Assembly: GCA_964016885.1 (NCBI GenBank)
Contig: OZ024740.1
Location: 268,584,001 to 268,648,000 of the forward strand
DNA length: 64,000 nt
Reading direction: 5' to 3'
From: Eledone cirrhosa
Lineage: Eukaryota
Shown: positions 12,228 through 25,238 of the stretch, piece by piece
Numbering within the stretch: position 1 is the stretch's first letter
How the letters are laid out: each line of letters begins with the position of its first letter
Position numbers and translations under genes: made by a program
The notes under the pieces: model-generated
The model's input: the letters and a program-made list of their open reading frames with translations, nothing else
The model's database searches: none
Told to the model about the DNA's origin: nothing

Positions 12228-12269
<42 letters not shown>

Positions 12270-12271
<2 letters not shown>

Positions 12272-12878
12272 TGGCTGCCAACTCGTTTTCGAATACGGCC
12301 ACTACTTTATATCCATGTAGGAGAACCCCCACCGATACGCTGAACGAGTGTGACTTCTTAGTCCAGCCAGCGACTTGAAAACTCTGGTACAAACACTACA
12401 CTTGTGACAATTATTGACACATAGTGCTGGGCCCATGGTACCATATGACGACAAGTGCAGAGAGATCTCCAGATATAAAGCAATGCCTGTGCCGTGAAGC
12501 TTTTATAGTGAGCAAAGGCACTGCACAAAGCCAGTCCCACTCTCTTAACCAAGATGATATTTACCACAAAGAAGAACAAGTCAACATCATTGGATACCAT
12601 CAGAGTTGCAGGTGTTATATCAGAGTTTTCCTTCTCCTAGAATTCTTCCTTGACAAAGGCTAAGGGGTCATCTCTCTCGGTGATTTTGGATGGCCATTGA
12701 CTCTTAAGAGCTCCTTTGCTCTTTGACAGGTTTTGTTTTTATTCCTGCAGGATGTCCAAAGTTACCCTCCTCACCAAGAAACCTTGGTGAGGTTGCCAGT
12801 TTAGTCGCCAACGACCCGACCATGAGTCAGGTTGTACTGGGATACATGTTACTAGTAGCACCAACTGGTGACCTGACA
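12270..12878 (-). mobile_element. Non-autonomous RTE-derived element, copy 2
   Basis: Colinear with 7208-7815, identical ends and scattered substitutions; C2H2 remnant CSVCTRVFKSLAGLRSHTRS. Confidence 0.7.
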
Positions 12879-12912
12879 TATATATATATACATACATACA
12901 TACATACATACA

Positions 12913-13106
<194 letters not shown>

Positions 13107-13529
13107 AACGAGTAGGACCCCGACGGCTGAGCTCAATCCATTTCGACTAAATGAAAATGTTTATCTAAATGAAAATTTTTATCCTGGTATATGAATAGCC
13201 GAGCTTCTCAGGGGGTAATTCCATATATGGTAAAAGTGATTGTCACAAGGATTGGTCAAAAGTCTGTTGTTGAGACACATAATTCTATCATGGCAATTTG
13301 TGGAAGGAAGGGGTAGCTGAACCTGCCAGTAGAAGAAAGAGGGAGAGGGGGTGGAGGAAACCCAGTCGTGCGTTGATAGTGCCAACTACAGCAGGGCAGG
13401 AGGTCAAGGAAGTATACTAGGGAGAGGGAGGGGGAGAAAGTCGAAACAAAAAGTAAAACAATATTGGGTAAATATATAGAAGAATACCGAGAACGTAAAA
13501 AAAAACAATTAAATATTAAACAAAAACAA

Positions 13530-14123
13530 ATACCATCAAACTCTCCTACAGCACCACACCAAACTTTGCACAAAACATCGTCTCCAAAAAACAAAAAACT
13601 CAACCCCTATGGAAGAAATAAACTAAATAGCAGTGGAGAGCAGACCAGGAGGTGCAACTGTCCTGATGGATCCATTTGCCCCCTCGACAACAGATGCAGA
13701 GATCGTAATGTGATCTACATGTGCATTGTGAGGACGGACACCTCCAACAAAGCTTATATAGGATTAACCTGTCACTTCAAGACCCGGCTATACCAACACA
13801 GACATACCTTCCGAAACCCGGCCCGGCGTCACGCCACCACACTATCGGGCCACATCTGGGTCCTCAAGAATAACAATATTACCTATGATCTCACTTGGAG
13901 CTTACTATCCAGAGCCAACTCTTACACGGGAGGAGGCCGTCCGTGCAATTTATGCTCGGAGGAAACTTTACAAATGTTGTTTTCGACGGACCAACTCCTA
14001 AACAAGAAGGACGAACTGGTAACTGCATGCAAACACAGATTGCGTAGGACTTACCTCGCCCTCAAACCCCATAATGACCCGGGGGGGGGGGGGGGGGGGG
14101 GGGGGGGTAGACAAGGGCTGTAA
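13530..14123 (+). CDS. PLE GIY-YIG endonuclease domain (fragment)
   Basis: CNCPDGSICPLDNRC, VIY...YIG, FKTRLYQH, CNLC...LLNKK...CKH. Confidence 0.85.
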   Translation: MPSNSPTAPHQTLHKTSSPKNKKLNPYGRNKLNSSGEQTRRCNCPDGSICPLDNRCRDRNVIYMCIVRTDTSNKAYIGLTCHFKTRLYQHRHTFRNPARRHATTLSGHIWVLKNNNITYDLTWSLLSRANSYTGGGRPCNLCSEETLQMLFSTDQLLNKKDELVTACKHRLRRTYLALKPHNDPGGGGGGGGGRQGL

Positions 14124-15281
14124 CACCCCACTTGCAGAATTTGTAATGGGTAACCCTTGCTTGCAAAGGTAGACGTAAGATCTTTTATCGCTTCCTCTAT
14201 ATTTCCTTTTTCCCCCCATCCTTTCCTAGTCCTTCCACCCCAGTCCTCTTTCTTTGTCGTCGCCCTTTTCACTTTGTAGCCCACCCGAGGCAGCCCCTCG
14301 GTCCTTTGTAGCCTCAGTACCCCCACCCCCTTCCCCTATTCTATGATAGAATTGGCCGACTCCGCTTTTTATAGCAGATGTGATAGACCCCGGATACTTG
14401 CTTTCTTATCCGATGGCTGCCTCTTTTCCGTGCTTTCTACATTTCTTAGGGGTATCTTTGCTTTAATTTCTCGTATATCAGTATTTATTTTTTGGGGGGT
14501 GGGTGGGGGTGGGGGATTCTGAATTAATTTTCCGTATCAAATTTTTCATATACTTCGTACGAGCATTTATGTAGTTTGCACTAGAATTTTTGTATCGTAG
14601 CGGCACCCTTAGAGATAGTATTAGTATTCTTTTTCGGGATTCTGATTTATTATTTCGTATTAGTTTATTTTTTGCACTGGGTGGTTGCTGGCCTTGTAAC
14701 TAGGGTAGAAACAATTATTTCGTATTGGTCTCGGGACTCTGAATTATTATTTCGTGGTAGTTTCTTTAGTATTTTGGCCCCCCATTGTTGACTTGTCCCC
14801 GTAAGATATACTGGTTGATTACTACTACCTCTTAAAAGGGTCTCATTATAATTCCGTCCCACCTAGTAAACTTTTCTATAGTCTAGCAGTACCAGTGTGA
14901 GACTTGATGACTGTCGTTAGGGAATAGTAACCAGTAATTGTTTTTTTTTGTTTTTTTTTATATTTAATTGTTTTTTTTTTATATTTAATTGTTTTTTTTT
15001 AACATTCTCAGTATTCTTCTATATATTTACCCCATATTGTTTTACTTTTTATTTCGACTTCCTCCTCCTCCCCCTCCCTAGTATACTTCCTTGACCTCCT
15101 GCTCTGCTGTAGTTGGCACTATCAACGCACGACTGGGTTTCCTCCACCCCCTCTCCCTCTTTCTTCTACTGGCAGGTTCAGCTACCCCTTCCTTCCACAA
15201 ATTGCCATGATAGAATTATGTGTCTCAACAACAGACTTTTGATCAATCCTTGTGACAATCACTTTTACCATATATGGAATT

Positions 15282-15377
15282 ACCCCCTGAGAAGCTCGGC
15301 TATTCATATACCAGGATACAAATTTTCATTTAGTCCAGAATTAGCCGTCGAAACGGCTTGAGCTCGGCCGTCGGGGT
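15282..15377 (+). ncRNA. Type I hammerhead-like motif with atypical CTGAGAA core
   Basis: ACCCC-CTGAGAA-G..CGGCTA...TAGCCG.C-GAAA-CGGCT TGAGCTC GGCCG-TC-GGGGT; GUC site. Confidence 0.6.
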
Positions 15378-15469
15378 CCTACTCGTTCCTATTACCCACT
15401 CTACTACCCTAAGTATTGAGTACTTTGGTGCGTTATGGTCCACCTGGTTCCTTACCACATTTACTTCGT

Positions 15470-15555
<86 letters not shown>

Positions 15556-15953
15556 AAGTTGGGGATGAGTCAACACCGTATGTGATATGTCAACACTGTA
15601 TATGATATATCTAAAGTACCGCAACACAGAAATTGTTGATAAGTATGTAACTAAGTTCACACGTGCACGTTTAAGAAATATATATTTAATGTCACTGTGT
15701 AAATAGACCTCTTGGTTAAACAACGGGTTTCTCTTTGATGTTAATAGTAATACTTTCCACGAGCTATAAAGTTCATTCTGTTATTGTCAATCGAATAAAA
15801 TAAATATTCTTCATTCTGGAGGGAGTGAAAGTGCGAGAGTGAGAGCGGTACAAAGGGAGAAATATAAATGAAATATGTTTATTGGTTGGCTGGTTGGCTG
15901 GATGGTTGAACCACACGAAAACTACACACACACACACAGACACACAGGCACAT

Positions 15954-16048
<95 letters not shown>

Positions 16049-16158
16049 TACATACACACATAGCTAAAGAGAGAGACACAGAGGGACACAGAGGGAGAGA
16101 CAGAAAGAGAGAGAGGATAGGCCGTTATACAGAGAGAGATACAAGTAAAGTGTTAGAT

Positions 16159-16206
<48 letters not shown>

Positions 16207-16504
16207 ATGTCCCACGAAAGTCTAGAAACGGCTTAAACTATAGATCCTTTGACCAATAGGAAGGTTTAACAATATTGCGTTAGCTATTATAAATTCGTAT
16301 ACTACTTACAGACCGTACTAGCGAAGCTAAACACCTCAGAAACATTGTTATGTGGTATATTGCTGTGCTTCAGTTGACGTCCTTTGCAGCTGAAAAAGAT
16401 CATACTGTTATTTCACAACATTTAAAATCCAAGGCCAATGTAACGATTTAATCGGCAGTTTACTCCGCAGCCTAATAAGAAAGTTCTATGATTGTTTTTT
16501 TATG

Positions 16505-16562
<58 letters not shown>

Positions 16563-17429
16563 TACGGCCTCACTTCATACCAGACAACACATCCAATATA
16601 GTCGTTTTCTTTTTTATCCGTCTTCTCTTAACTATTCTCCCGGGCAAAGCCGGGTACCTCAGTTAGATTACCTATAACATTATCCACAAACAAAATGCTA
16701 ACTTGTATACTATATCGACGAATCTTCGGATATGCGAATGAGAAAAATAATAAAATAAAACAGTGACGGTTGTTCACTGATTTTTTTATAAGTAGGCCGT
16801 TCAAACAATTCTATTTGTTTTTCGCTCCATTCTACAGAGAAAAATTGTTTCAGCCTATAAACGGATTCTATTGGTTCAGCAAGATTAAATCTATGTTATG
16901 TAAACACACGTGTTTAAATACAATTTAGCTTCGTAGTTTTGTTTATCCATGTATGTATGTACGTGGGATTTAACGGAAACAGTACAAACCGGTTGATAAA
17001 AGATATATACAACCCCTTCGCATTCATCTGCTCTGCCTATACAACATGCAGAACTCCGTGAGTATGCTGCCCCGTGGAACCCAGAGTGTAAATTTATTTA
17101 GATATTTCATTATGCAGTTCTAATCAAATTAAAGTCGGTCACCAGTCAATAGCTCTTACGACACTAACTGACTAATTTAGCTCTAACAATCTGTGATGCA
17201 TTCTATATACTCAACACACCTGGGAAGACCAGGGCGAAGCTCAGTCACTCTTTTCTCTTGATAAGGGATTTTCTAAGCCGAAACATTGAGATATAATGGA
17301 AGAAAGTAAATATTTTTCTTGTGTTTCTTTTCATTCCTTTATTTTCATCATTCATTCTAGTGGGTTTGTAAAACATTTAAAACCTATTTCACAGAGCTTC
17401 AAATAAACCATAATATTCTGATTATATAT

Positions 17430-17713
17430 ACTGTTGTGGAACTACTTCTACCAAACTCGTCCCATAGACTGAGTATTCTACTACTACGGATATAACCCTA
17501 CAGTGTTCTATTATATATATGTATAATAGAACACTGTAGGGTTATATCCGCACTCAGTCTACGGGGCGAGTTTGATAGAAGTAGTTCCACAACAGTCAGT
17601 TCACCATACCGAGAACAAATGTTTCATCTTATGCGGATCCTCAGTTCGGTCTGAGGAGCTGCATAAGGTGAAACATTTGTTCTCGGTATGGTGAACTAAC
17701 TGTTATGGAACTA

Positions 17714-17716
<3 letters not shown>
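17430..17716. mobile_element. Double fold-back PLE-terminus insertion with degenerate hammerheads
   Basis: Hairpin 17430-17597 centred on a TA tract, and hairpin 17580-17716 centred on CTGAGGA...GAAACATTTGTT. Confidence 0.7.
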
Positions 17717-17797
<81 letters not shown>

Positions 17798-17798
<1 letters not shown>

Positions 17799-19090
17799 TA
17801 GCAGCTGAGCCCGGTTGCACCCGGGCCCACTTTTTATTAAGTTAATAATTTGAAAAATATTATTGAAAGTTTATTATAAAGAAGCAGTATCAGGAAAAAA
17901 ATAAAAATATGCACTTGGGGCTGGACGGCGTACAATGAGAAGTGGAGCGACGTGAAAAGCGTTGTTTATTAACAGCGAAATAGCAATGTCGATGATATGC
18001 AAGTTTGAAAATGCAGATTATGAAGGTTTGTATGATAGTTTACACTTTGATTGCCCTGGTCAGCAAGAGAGGCCTCTATATATTAGACGTTTATTAGAAG
18101 AGGGGGAAATAACTAACCCCAGGATTAGAACAGGGGGTTCGCAATGTAAGGGTTTTATTTCTTTTGTTAGAAAACAGTGACCTTTTTCGGTTTGGCATTT
18201 CGTAAAATTCTACCGCAGAATCGATTTCATAAAATAGAAGTATTTAAATTTAATATAGAGCAACTGTATTGAAAAATGAAAATGAAACGTACTGTAGAAG
18301 GCAACAGTTTATTAACAGCGAAATAACGTTGTCTTTGATATGCTATTTTAAATAAGACAATGAATATTTTAAAAAAAACTGAATTAATTAACTCGGCAAC
18401 CAAACCGCTTATAGATCCCATTCCTTAAGTTTACAATGAATATTTAAAAAAAAACTGAATGAATTAACTCGGCCACCCAAAGGCTTATAGATCCCACTCA
18501 TTAAGTTTACATGCATGTATCTTTTAAACTTTTCATTTGACTTTAATAAATACTACTTACTGTTAGTGGTGGTTAACATGTATTAGAATTAAAATAAAAA
18601 TGATATCGGAAAAAACGTACCTGAGAACACGCGTCCCTTCTTCGCAATTTAAGGGTTTTATTTCTTTTGATGGAAAACAGTGACCGTTTTCGGTTTGGCA
18701 TTTCGTAAAATGGTACTGCAGAATCGATTTCATAAAAGGGTACTGTATATTAACAGCGAAAGAACGTTGTGTTTGATATGTTATGAACAAATTGATGTGT
18801 TTAAAAATTTGTATGAAATTTTAAATAAGACAATGAATATTGAAAGCGACTACGGAAAATAACTCATCCAAGTATTAGAACAGGGGGAAATAACTCACCG
18901 AAAGCGAAAGTAAATAGACCGTTTTGGGGCCCTAGGGACCACATTTTTCAAGTTAGAGATTTGAAACCTCGTCTATTTGCTTGCTTGGCACGTTTTACAT
19001 AGGTGTGTACATTTTCATGTCCGTCCGACCACGTCTACTACCATTTAACCGTGCACAAATGAATTTCAACCACCACCCATTTCACAAATA
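17798..19090 (-). mobile_element. Non-autonomous Helitron-type element
   Basis: Minus-strand 3' end CCCGGGTGCAACCGGG hairpin ~10 nt before CTAG; internal direct duplications (~18130-18360 vs ~18630-18840); 5' end merges into the TA tract. Confidence 0.6.
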
Positions 19091-19161
19091 TATATATATA
19101 TATATAAATCAGGAAAGAAGATTGACATGGTTTGCAATACAAAAAAGGTTTTTAATCTCAT

Positions 19162-19269
19162 TGCTGACAATTGTTTCTCTGAACTGGTAGGTCTAGAGAT
19201 CGCTATTCGCTTATTTTCACGTTACTCGATCGCCAATACAAAATTATAACCAGTCAGTTCTTCGGAGCA
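19162..19269 (-). ncRNA. Type I hammerhead motif (CCGAAGA core, long stem II)
   Basis: TGCT-CCGAAGA-ACTGACTGGT...ACCAGTTCAGA-GAAA-CAATTG-TC-AGCA; palindromic stem III ACAATTGT, GUC site. Confidence 0.72.
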
Positions 19270-20117
19270 TGCGAGAATGAAGAGAATATACAGGCATGAA
19301 TGGAATATACAGGCTACTATATGAAGTAGTAATGGCATTCAGTTAGAATAATAACAACAATTACAACAATGCTAGTAATAAATTATTTGAGGAGACCATG
19401 ACATTACATTAGGTGGGGGGTATAGTGTATCTAAGATTTCGGCGTGTAAAACTAGCTGACATGAAGCAGAAGTATAAGTTTGGCATGTCGTAGGGTGTAT
19501 TGTATCAATTTTAAAGATAAGCCGGTGTTTATCACCAATATAGGTCAGGTGGCCGTAATGTTCAGTATTTATCTGACCGACGAAGTATTTATCATTGAGT
19601 AGAATTTGTGTGGTCTACATTAGATGAGAATACAGTCTTTCTTTTCATCTTCAATAACATACATGTATGGGACAACACTGTCAAAGCTAAATAGTGGGCG
19701 AGTTAATACAGAGGTTAAGGAGGCAAGACATATATATATATATATATACAGATATATACACACATATACACACACACATATATATACACACGCATGTGTA
19801 CATAGACACATACATACACATCAATATACACTCGTACAAATACATACATATATGCAAAGAGATAAACATGCTGACTGTAATTATGGCAAAAGGAAGGTAA
19901 AGTTACATTGTAGTAGTGATTTGAGAAATTCTTGGATTTAGGATCAAGTGATGGCAGCAGCTGAGAAGAAATAAGTTTATGGGTTGATGAGTTACTTACA
20001 GACATTTGTGTGGTAAAGACTTGTGAAGGCTAGAGTGTACTTAATGAGTATATTTCTGTGGTGATTTATGCAGGGTAGTGGGTATCCTAGTTTAAAGCTA
20101 TGTTGCGTTGGTTCGAT

Positions 20118-20550
20118 TCACGGAGGTTTGAATCTTATGAATTTAGTGGCAATTCTATGTCTGCAGAAGATAGATCTTTCTAACTTATTGTTAAGTAGCC
20201 TTTTTACATTTTTGAGGATATACATTAGTTCTAGATCACATAGCCCGCAGTGGGACATACCTGTACTATAGGTTTTAGCAGCCGACAACTTCGACCAGTT
20301 AATGCGGTAGTTAGTGCTGCTGTCCTTCAGTTCCCATATTTTTTTGGCGAGGGTTGTGGAACCCATAAGTGCACGGTTTTTCATTGAGTGCCTGTGCACA
20401 TACCATCTTTTTTTAAAAGAAGTCGCGGTGGATCCTATGTAATTCCAGGTGGAGTTATCCGAGTTGACCGTGCACATGTATACTAGGCTCGAATCGAGAC
20501 ATCTGTTCGCCAATGGGCACCTATCTGGTAGGTGACAGTTACAGTTAGAG
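20118..20550 (-). CDS. PLE GIY-YIG endonuclease domain (fragment)
   Basis: CNCHLPDRCPLANRC, LVY...YIG, FKKRWYVH, CGLC...CRH. Confidence 0.82.
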
Positions 20551-21396
20551 GCGCTATTTTGTGCAGCTTCTACACTCCTGTTTAGTACTCTGTTATAAGT
20601 GGGTTGTGATATATGCCCATTGAGGAATTACAGCATACTCGCAACATCACTATGAATACGCCTTGTTGAGTCAAACCAAGCCTTGCGTTGATATCATCCA
20701 CTACCGGGAATACCATAACTGGACTACACCTAAGGGGACTGGATATAACTATTATTTGTATATATATATATATATATATATATCCGCAGCACGTTTATTC
20801 TCATATTTACACATATTTTTTCCCCCGCTGTGACCCGTCTATTTCGTTCTTACTGCTTCCTCTTTCTCTGTATCTTTACCCTCTCTAACAGTCACACTCT
20901 CTGTTAGCCTCTTCCTAACCCTTCACTCACTCACTCTCTGTTACTACCTCTCCTCCTCTTCTTTCTTCCCGTTTGACCTGTGCGTAATTCTTTTCTTTCG
21001 CACGCTTGGCCAGGCCGGTTCGCCTTTTTTCTCTCTCTCGTCTACGATTTCACAGAACTTATGTTCACCGAATTCACGGACTAGACTCCTTCTTCCTCCC
21101 GTTAGACCTGTGCGGAATTCCTTCCTTGCTCACATTTCAACCAGGTTTGATGGTCTTTATTCTCTCTCGTTCACGATTTCACCGAACTTATATTCATGGA
21201 AATTTGGGACTTGACTCGTTCTTCCTCATTTTTCGTTGCTTCACCACCTTTGTTTATTTACACCCTCGCTGTTCCCTTTATTTACGTGTCCCAACGACTT
21301 TCTTTAGCCGTTGCTCGCACCAACCGGAGGTATAAGGTCTTTAAAGCGAAGTAATACCGATGGTGGTTGGAAGATCACTGATGAAGGACCACTTTA

Positions 21397-21465
<69 letters not shown>

Positions 21466-22709
21466 TTCCACAACAAATTAGTTAACAATACTGGAGGACG
21501 CACGTTTCACCGGATGGTTTTCCAACCCGTGTTTTGGTGAGGGAAACGCGCGTTCTCGAGGATGGTTTACTAATTTATTAACGCCTCTTCCAGAGAGAGT
21601 GTGTTTGTGATACAGATTAATTGAGAAAGAGAGTGGTAGAATCGATCTCTGTACTGGAGTGGTAGATTTTTTTTATCGACCTCTAATGGATAGAAGGTGA
21701 AGATGATTTCGGCAAAGTTTGAACTCAGAGTGCAGAGAGCCGTAACGAATTCTATAAAACATAATATTTGACGTTCTATCGACTATTCCAACTTGCCACC
21801 CTTGACTATTCAATGGTATGGTTTGTTATGCACCCGTAATTCCTTAGGAGTCGTAGGGGCGCCATATTGACATACGGTGTTTCGAGGGAATTTCTTTTTA
21901 AAATCCTGGCGGAGCGCACCTCCCCTCCAGACCCGAATATAATAGATTTCTTCCAGAGAAGGATAGAGAGAGAGCGAGAGAAAGGAAGTGAGAAAAAGAT
22001 ATAGAGGAAAAATCTAATGGATAAAAGACGAAGTTCACTTTGGCAAAATTTGAACGCAGAGTGCAGAGAACCGTAAGAAATTCTGTAAAACTTAATATCT
22101 GACGTTCTACCGACTGTTCCAATTTGCTTCACTTGACTATTCAATAGAAATCGACAAAAATATTATGATACAATTTTCTGTAAGAGAAAATAAAGTACAC
22201 ACATAAGTGTTTATAAAGTTCTAGCAATACAATTACCTAGTTTCTTTAACGTTCTACTTTTGCAAGTAATTTTAAATATCAATCAGTGCATCTGTCAAGA
22301 AAGATCTTCGATTTACTAGCAATGATGTCTATGAAATCCTTCAGTGCAAGTTTCATTGAAGGACTACGTATGCATATAGTTCTATACAAAGATTTCTTAG
22401 CAGTATTGTTTTCAAATATCCTTTACGAGTGATGTTTAAAATTACAAATGCCAATCACTATACAACGTTATAAAAGCCTTGAAAAGCCGTTTCCTTCCTT
22501 TAATTTCGGAAACTGTCACGTCACGGGAAAGCACACATACGCACATTATATATATATATCAGATATAGTATATTAATAATATAAATACATACACATCAAT
22601 ACATATACACACACTAACACACGCACGCATGCACGCACACACTCACATACACACACACACACACAGAGAAACACACACATATATATATACACACATATAT
22701 ATATATATA

Positions 22710-22756
<47 letters not shown>

Positions 22757-22757
<1 letters not shown>

Positions 22758-22895
22758 CGAAGGAAATGTGGTAAGGAACCAGATGGACCATAACGCACCA
22801 AAGTACTCAATACTTAGGGTAGTAGAGTGGGTAATAGGAACAAGTATGACCCCGACGGCAGAGCTCAAGCCATTTCGACGGCTAATTCTGGATTA
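22757..22895 (-). mobile_element. 3'-terminal fragment of the 13105-15470 PLE family
   Basis: Reverse complement of ~15335-15470. Confidence 0.85.
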
Positions 22896-23073
22896 AAATT
22901 CAATTTAGGAAAGTTGGTTGATCAGATAATCCACCGACTTTTGTTGAAAACAGACGTAAAGCACTCTACGATTTGTATTCCTTAAAATGTTATCGATACG
23001 GTGTCAACCGGAGTATCGATATTATAAAGAAGAGAGGCGGTTGTAAATAAACATCCTCTCTTTATTATATAAT

Positions 23074-23130
23074 CCTGTTATACGTATTTCGAAAATGTCA
23101 AAGTGGTTTGATTTGTGCTCATCAGACAGG
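23074..23130 (-). ncRNA. Type I hammerhead motif (canonical core)
   Basis: CCTGT-CTGATGA-G..TCAAA CCAC TTTGA..C-GAAA-TACGTA-TA-ACAGG; palindromic stem III ATACGTAT. Confidence 0.78.
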
Positions 23131-23504
23131 TAGCAAGTTGTTGCGTTTTTGTTTTTGATATGCTACTGGAGTTAACATTATGATAACATTCCCCTCCAGT
23201 AATCATATGATTTGGATGGCTATTAGAGTAGGCAAATAGGTTGGTGGAGACGTTATTCTTGCTGACATTTTGGTATGGTAAGGAAAAGAGTTGGTTCGAA
23301 TAATTTATTTATTTATTTGTTTATTTGTTTGATCTTAAGGCTAGGTATTTATATTCCGGGCTATGTGTTATTAAAAGGGGATTCATGTGGAACAATGCAA
23401 TGTGTGTACATACACACACGCGCTTACATATGCATTCATTCAAGCCTACTCTTACACATACACACACACACACACACACATATATATATTTGTGTGTGTG
23501 TGAA

Positions 23505-23620
23505 GGCGTGTGGCTGAATGGTTAGAGAATTGGATTCGCAATCGTGAGATTGTGAGTTCGATATCCGGACCAGGCGATGCGTTATGTCCTTGAGCAAGAC
23601 ACTTTATTTCACGTTGCTCC
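23505..23620 (+). mobile_element. Second tRNA-derived SINE family (CORE-like), partial
   Basis: A box TGGCTGAATGG, B box GAGTTCGATATCC, then TGTCCTTGAGCAAGACACTTT. Confidence 0.65.
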
Positions 23621-23702
23621 TTCTACCTGGAGTTGCAACCGATAGATAATATTAGCAACTGGAAAGACCAATGGAAACATTGTTTCCTCGGTGCAATTTG
23701 AC

Positions 23703-23854
23703 GAATTAAGAATAATGTAAATGAATTAGTAGAACGAAAATGAAATCGTATTAAAATCGTATATAGATGCGTGTATGTATATATTTAATTTTTATTGATT
23801 TTAATAACCTCTGTCATTTTCGTTCTACTAATTTATTTACATTGTTCTTAATTC
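23703..23854. repeat. Fold-back remnant (~55-bp imperfect inverted arms)
   Basis: GAATTAAGAATAATGTAAATGAATTAGTAGAACGAAAATGA and its reverse complement. Confidence 0.6.
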
Positions 23855-24665
23855 TGAAGCCGAGAATCATTCGGTTTCCTAAATAGAATATTAGTCTACG
23901 ACTACCATAAACGTGGTTTTGTCTTTGCGTGTAATTGTTCTCACAACTTCACATAACGACGTATTATCTTCGCTTCTTTCCCGTTCATTGCCAGGGAACG
24001 TCTTCACGAACCAAAGTATCGTCTTCTTGTTTTCCTTCAGTTGCAAGGTTTTTCGAAATATTTATTTCTGCGTTCACAGATTGATTTTTTTTAGTTTCAG
24101 AAGATCGCGTTCAGGGTGAAAGCTGCGATTCTTTGCTTAAACTTTAATCTGTCATTTAAATAAATATTTATATATATATATATATATATATATTAATAGA
24201 ACGCTTGGTATAGTAGGAAAAGTTTCATAAAAATTCGGACGTTAGTCTTTCGTTAGAAGAAAGAAAAGGGAATAGATAAATAGACGAAAGTAATGAGAGG
24301 AAGAAATTGTAACAAAATATTCTACTGAGGAACGTACGAGTGTCTTGTCATGTATTTTGCGAAAGTACTTACCAGAAGGCATCTTAGATATAAGAATGTA
24401 TTTAAAAGAAGATAATCCTTGTATATTTTCAGTTAACTTGTGCTTTTATATGTGAGTGTATACCGATCTGGAAAAGGAGGTGCTCCTCTAAGTTTCAAAT
24501 GACCTATATACTCTGGGTATCCCGTCAGGACGGCACTCATATGACTTCATCAGGAGTTAAGTTCCCTTTGGTGTTGCCTATAATATACATGCGCATGCAC
24601 GGAGTAGATTCAGACGTTCTCACACTCGCTCACTTGTCCATGCATGCATATACATATTTCCACAC

Positions 24666-24750
<85 letters not shown>

Positions 24751-24755
24751 AATAT

Positions 24756-24806
<51 letters not shown>

Positions 24807-24847
24807 AATATACACATATATATATATATATAAATATATATATATAC

Positions 24848-24946
<99 letters not shown>

Positions 24947-25067
24947 TATATACATATACATATAAATGTGTGGAAGTATGTATATGCATGCATGGAAGTA
25001 TGTATATGCATGTGTGGGACAATGTATATATGCATGCATATCATATTTCCGTATATATATATAAATA

Positions 25068-25218
25068 GGAAAAGTTTCAGGACCCCGACGGCGCTGCACC
25101 GGCTGGAGGTCAGCCGTCGGGGTCTTGACTCTTTTCCTATTACCCACTCTACTACCCTAAATATCGAGTACTCTGGTGCGTTATGGTCCACCGAATTCCT
25201 TACCACGCTTTCTTTGTT
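25068..25218 (+). mobile_element. Mini fold-back of the 13105-15470 PLE family (subfamily variant)
   Basis: GACCCCGACGG...CCGTCGGGGTC hairpin plus the TATTACCCACTCTACTACCC... tail; TA flanks. Confidence 0.8.
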
Positions 25219-25238
25219 ATATATATATATATATATAT

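Larger units (their letters stand above)
7845..12230. mobile_element. Penelope-like element (Naiad-type), 5'-truncated with large inversion
   Basis: ~1.23-kb near-identical inverted arms at 7845-9078 and 10835-12068 plus a ~160-nt tail; RT/GIY-YIG ORF inside; hammerhead in each arm; TA flanks. Confidence 0.9.
19105..20760 (-). mobile_element. Penelope-like element (Naiad-type) 3' portion
   Basis: GIY-YIG remnant at 20118-20550, 3' UTR and hammerhead at 19162-19269; 20610-20760 may be an inverted tail; TA flanks. Confidence 0.75.

Noticed and set aside
7208-12878. Apparent LTR retrotransposon (610-bp direct repeats with TG...CA ends around an RT)
   Set aside because: The repeats are more diverged from each other than the inner PLE arms, are separated from it by TA tracts and carry RTE remnants; the inner ORF is a PLE with no gag or integrase.
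23505-23575. tRNA gene
   Set aside because: Pol III A/B boxes run directly into a SINE body; no complete cloverleaf or terminator.
24483-24556. Minus-strand CTGATGA...GAAAC hammerhead-like motif
   Set aside because: The cleavage triplet is destroyed (GAG) and stem II is poor; at best a dead relic. The half-motif at ~21378 and the degenerate fold-backs at 21470-21580 and 36150-36410 were likewise not called as ribozymes.
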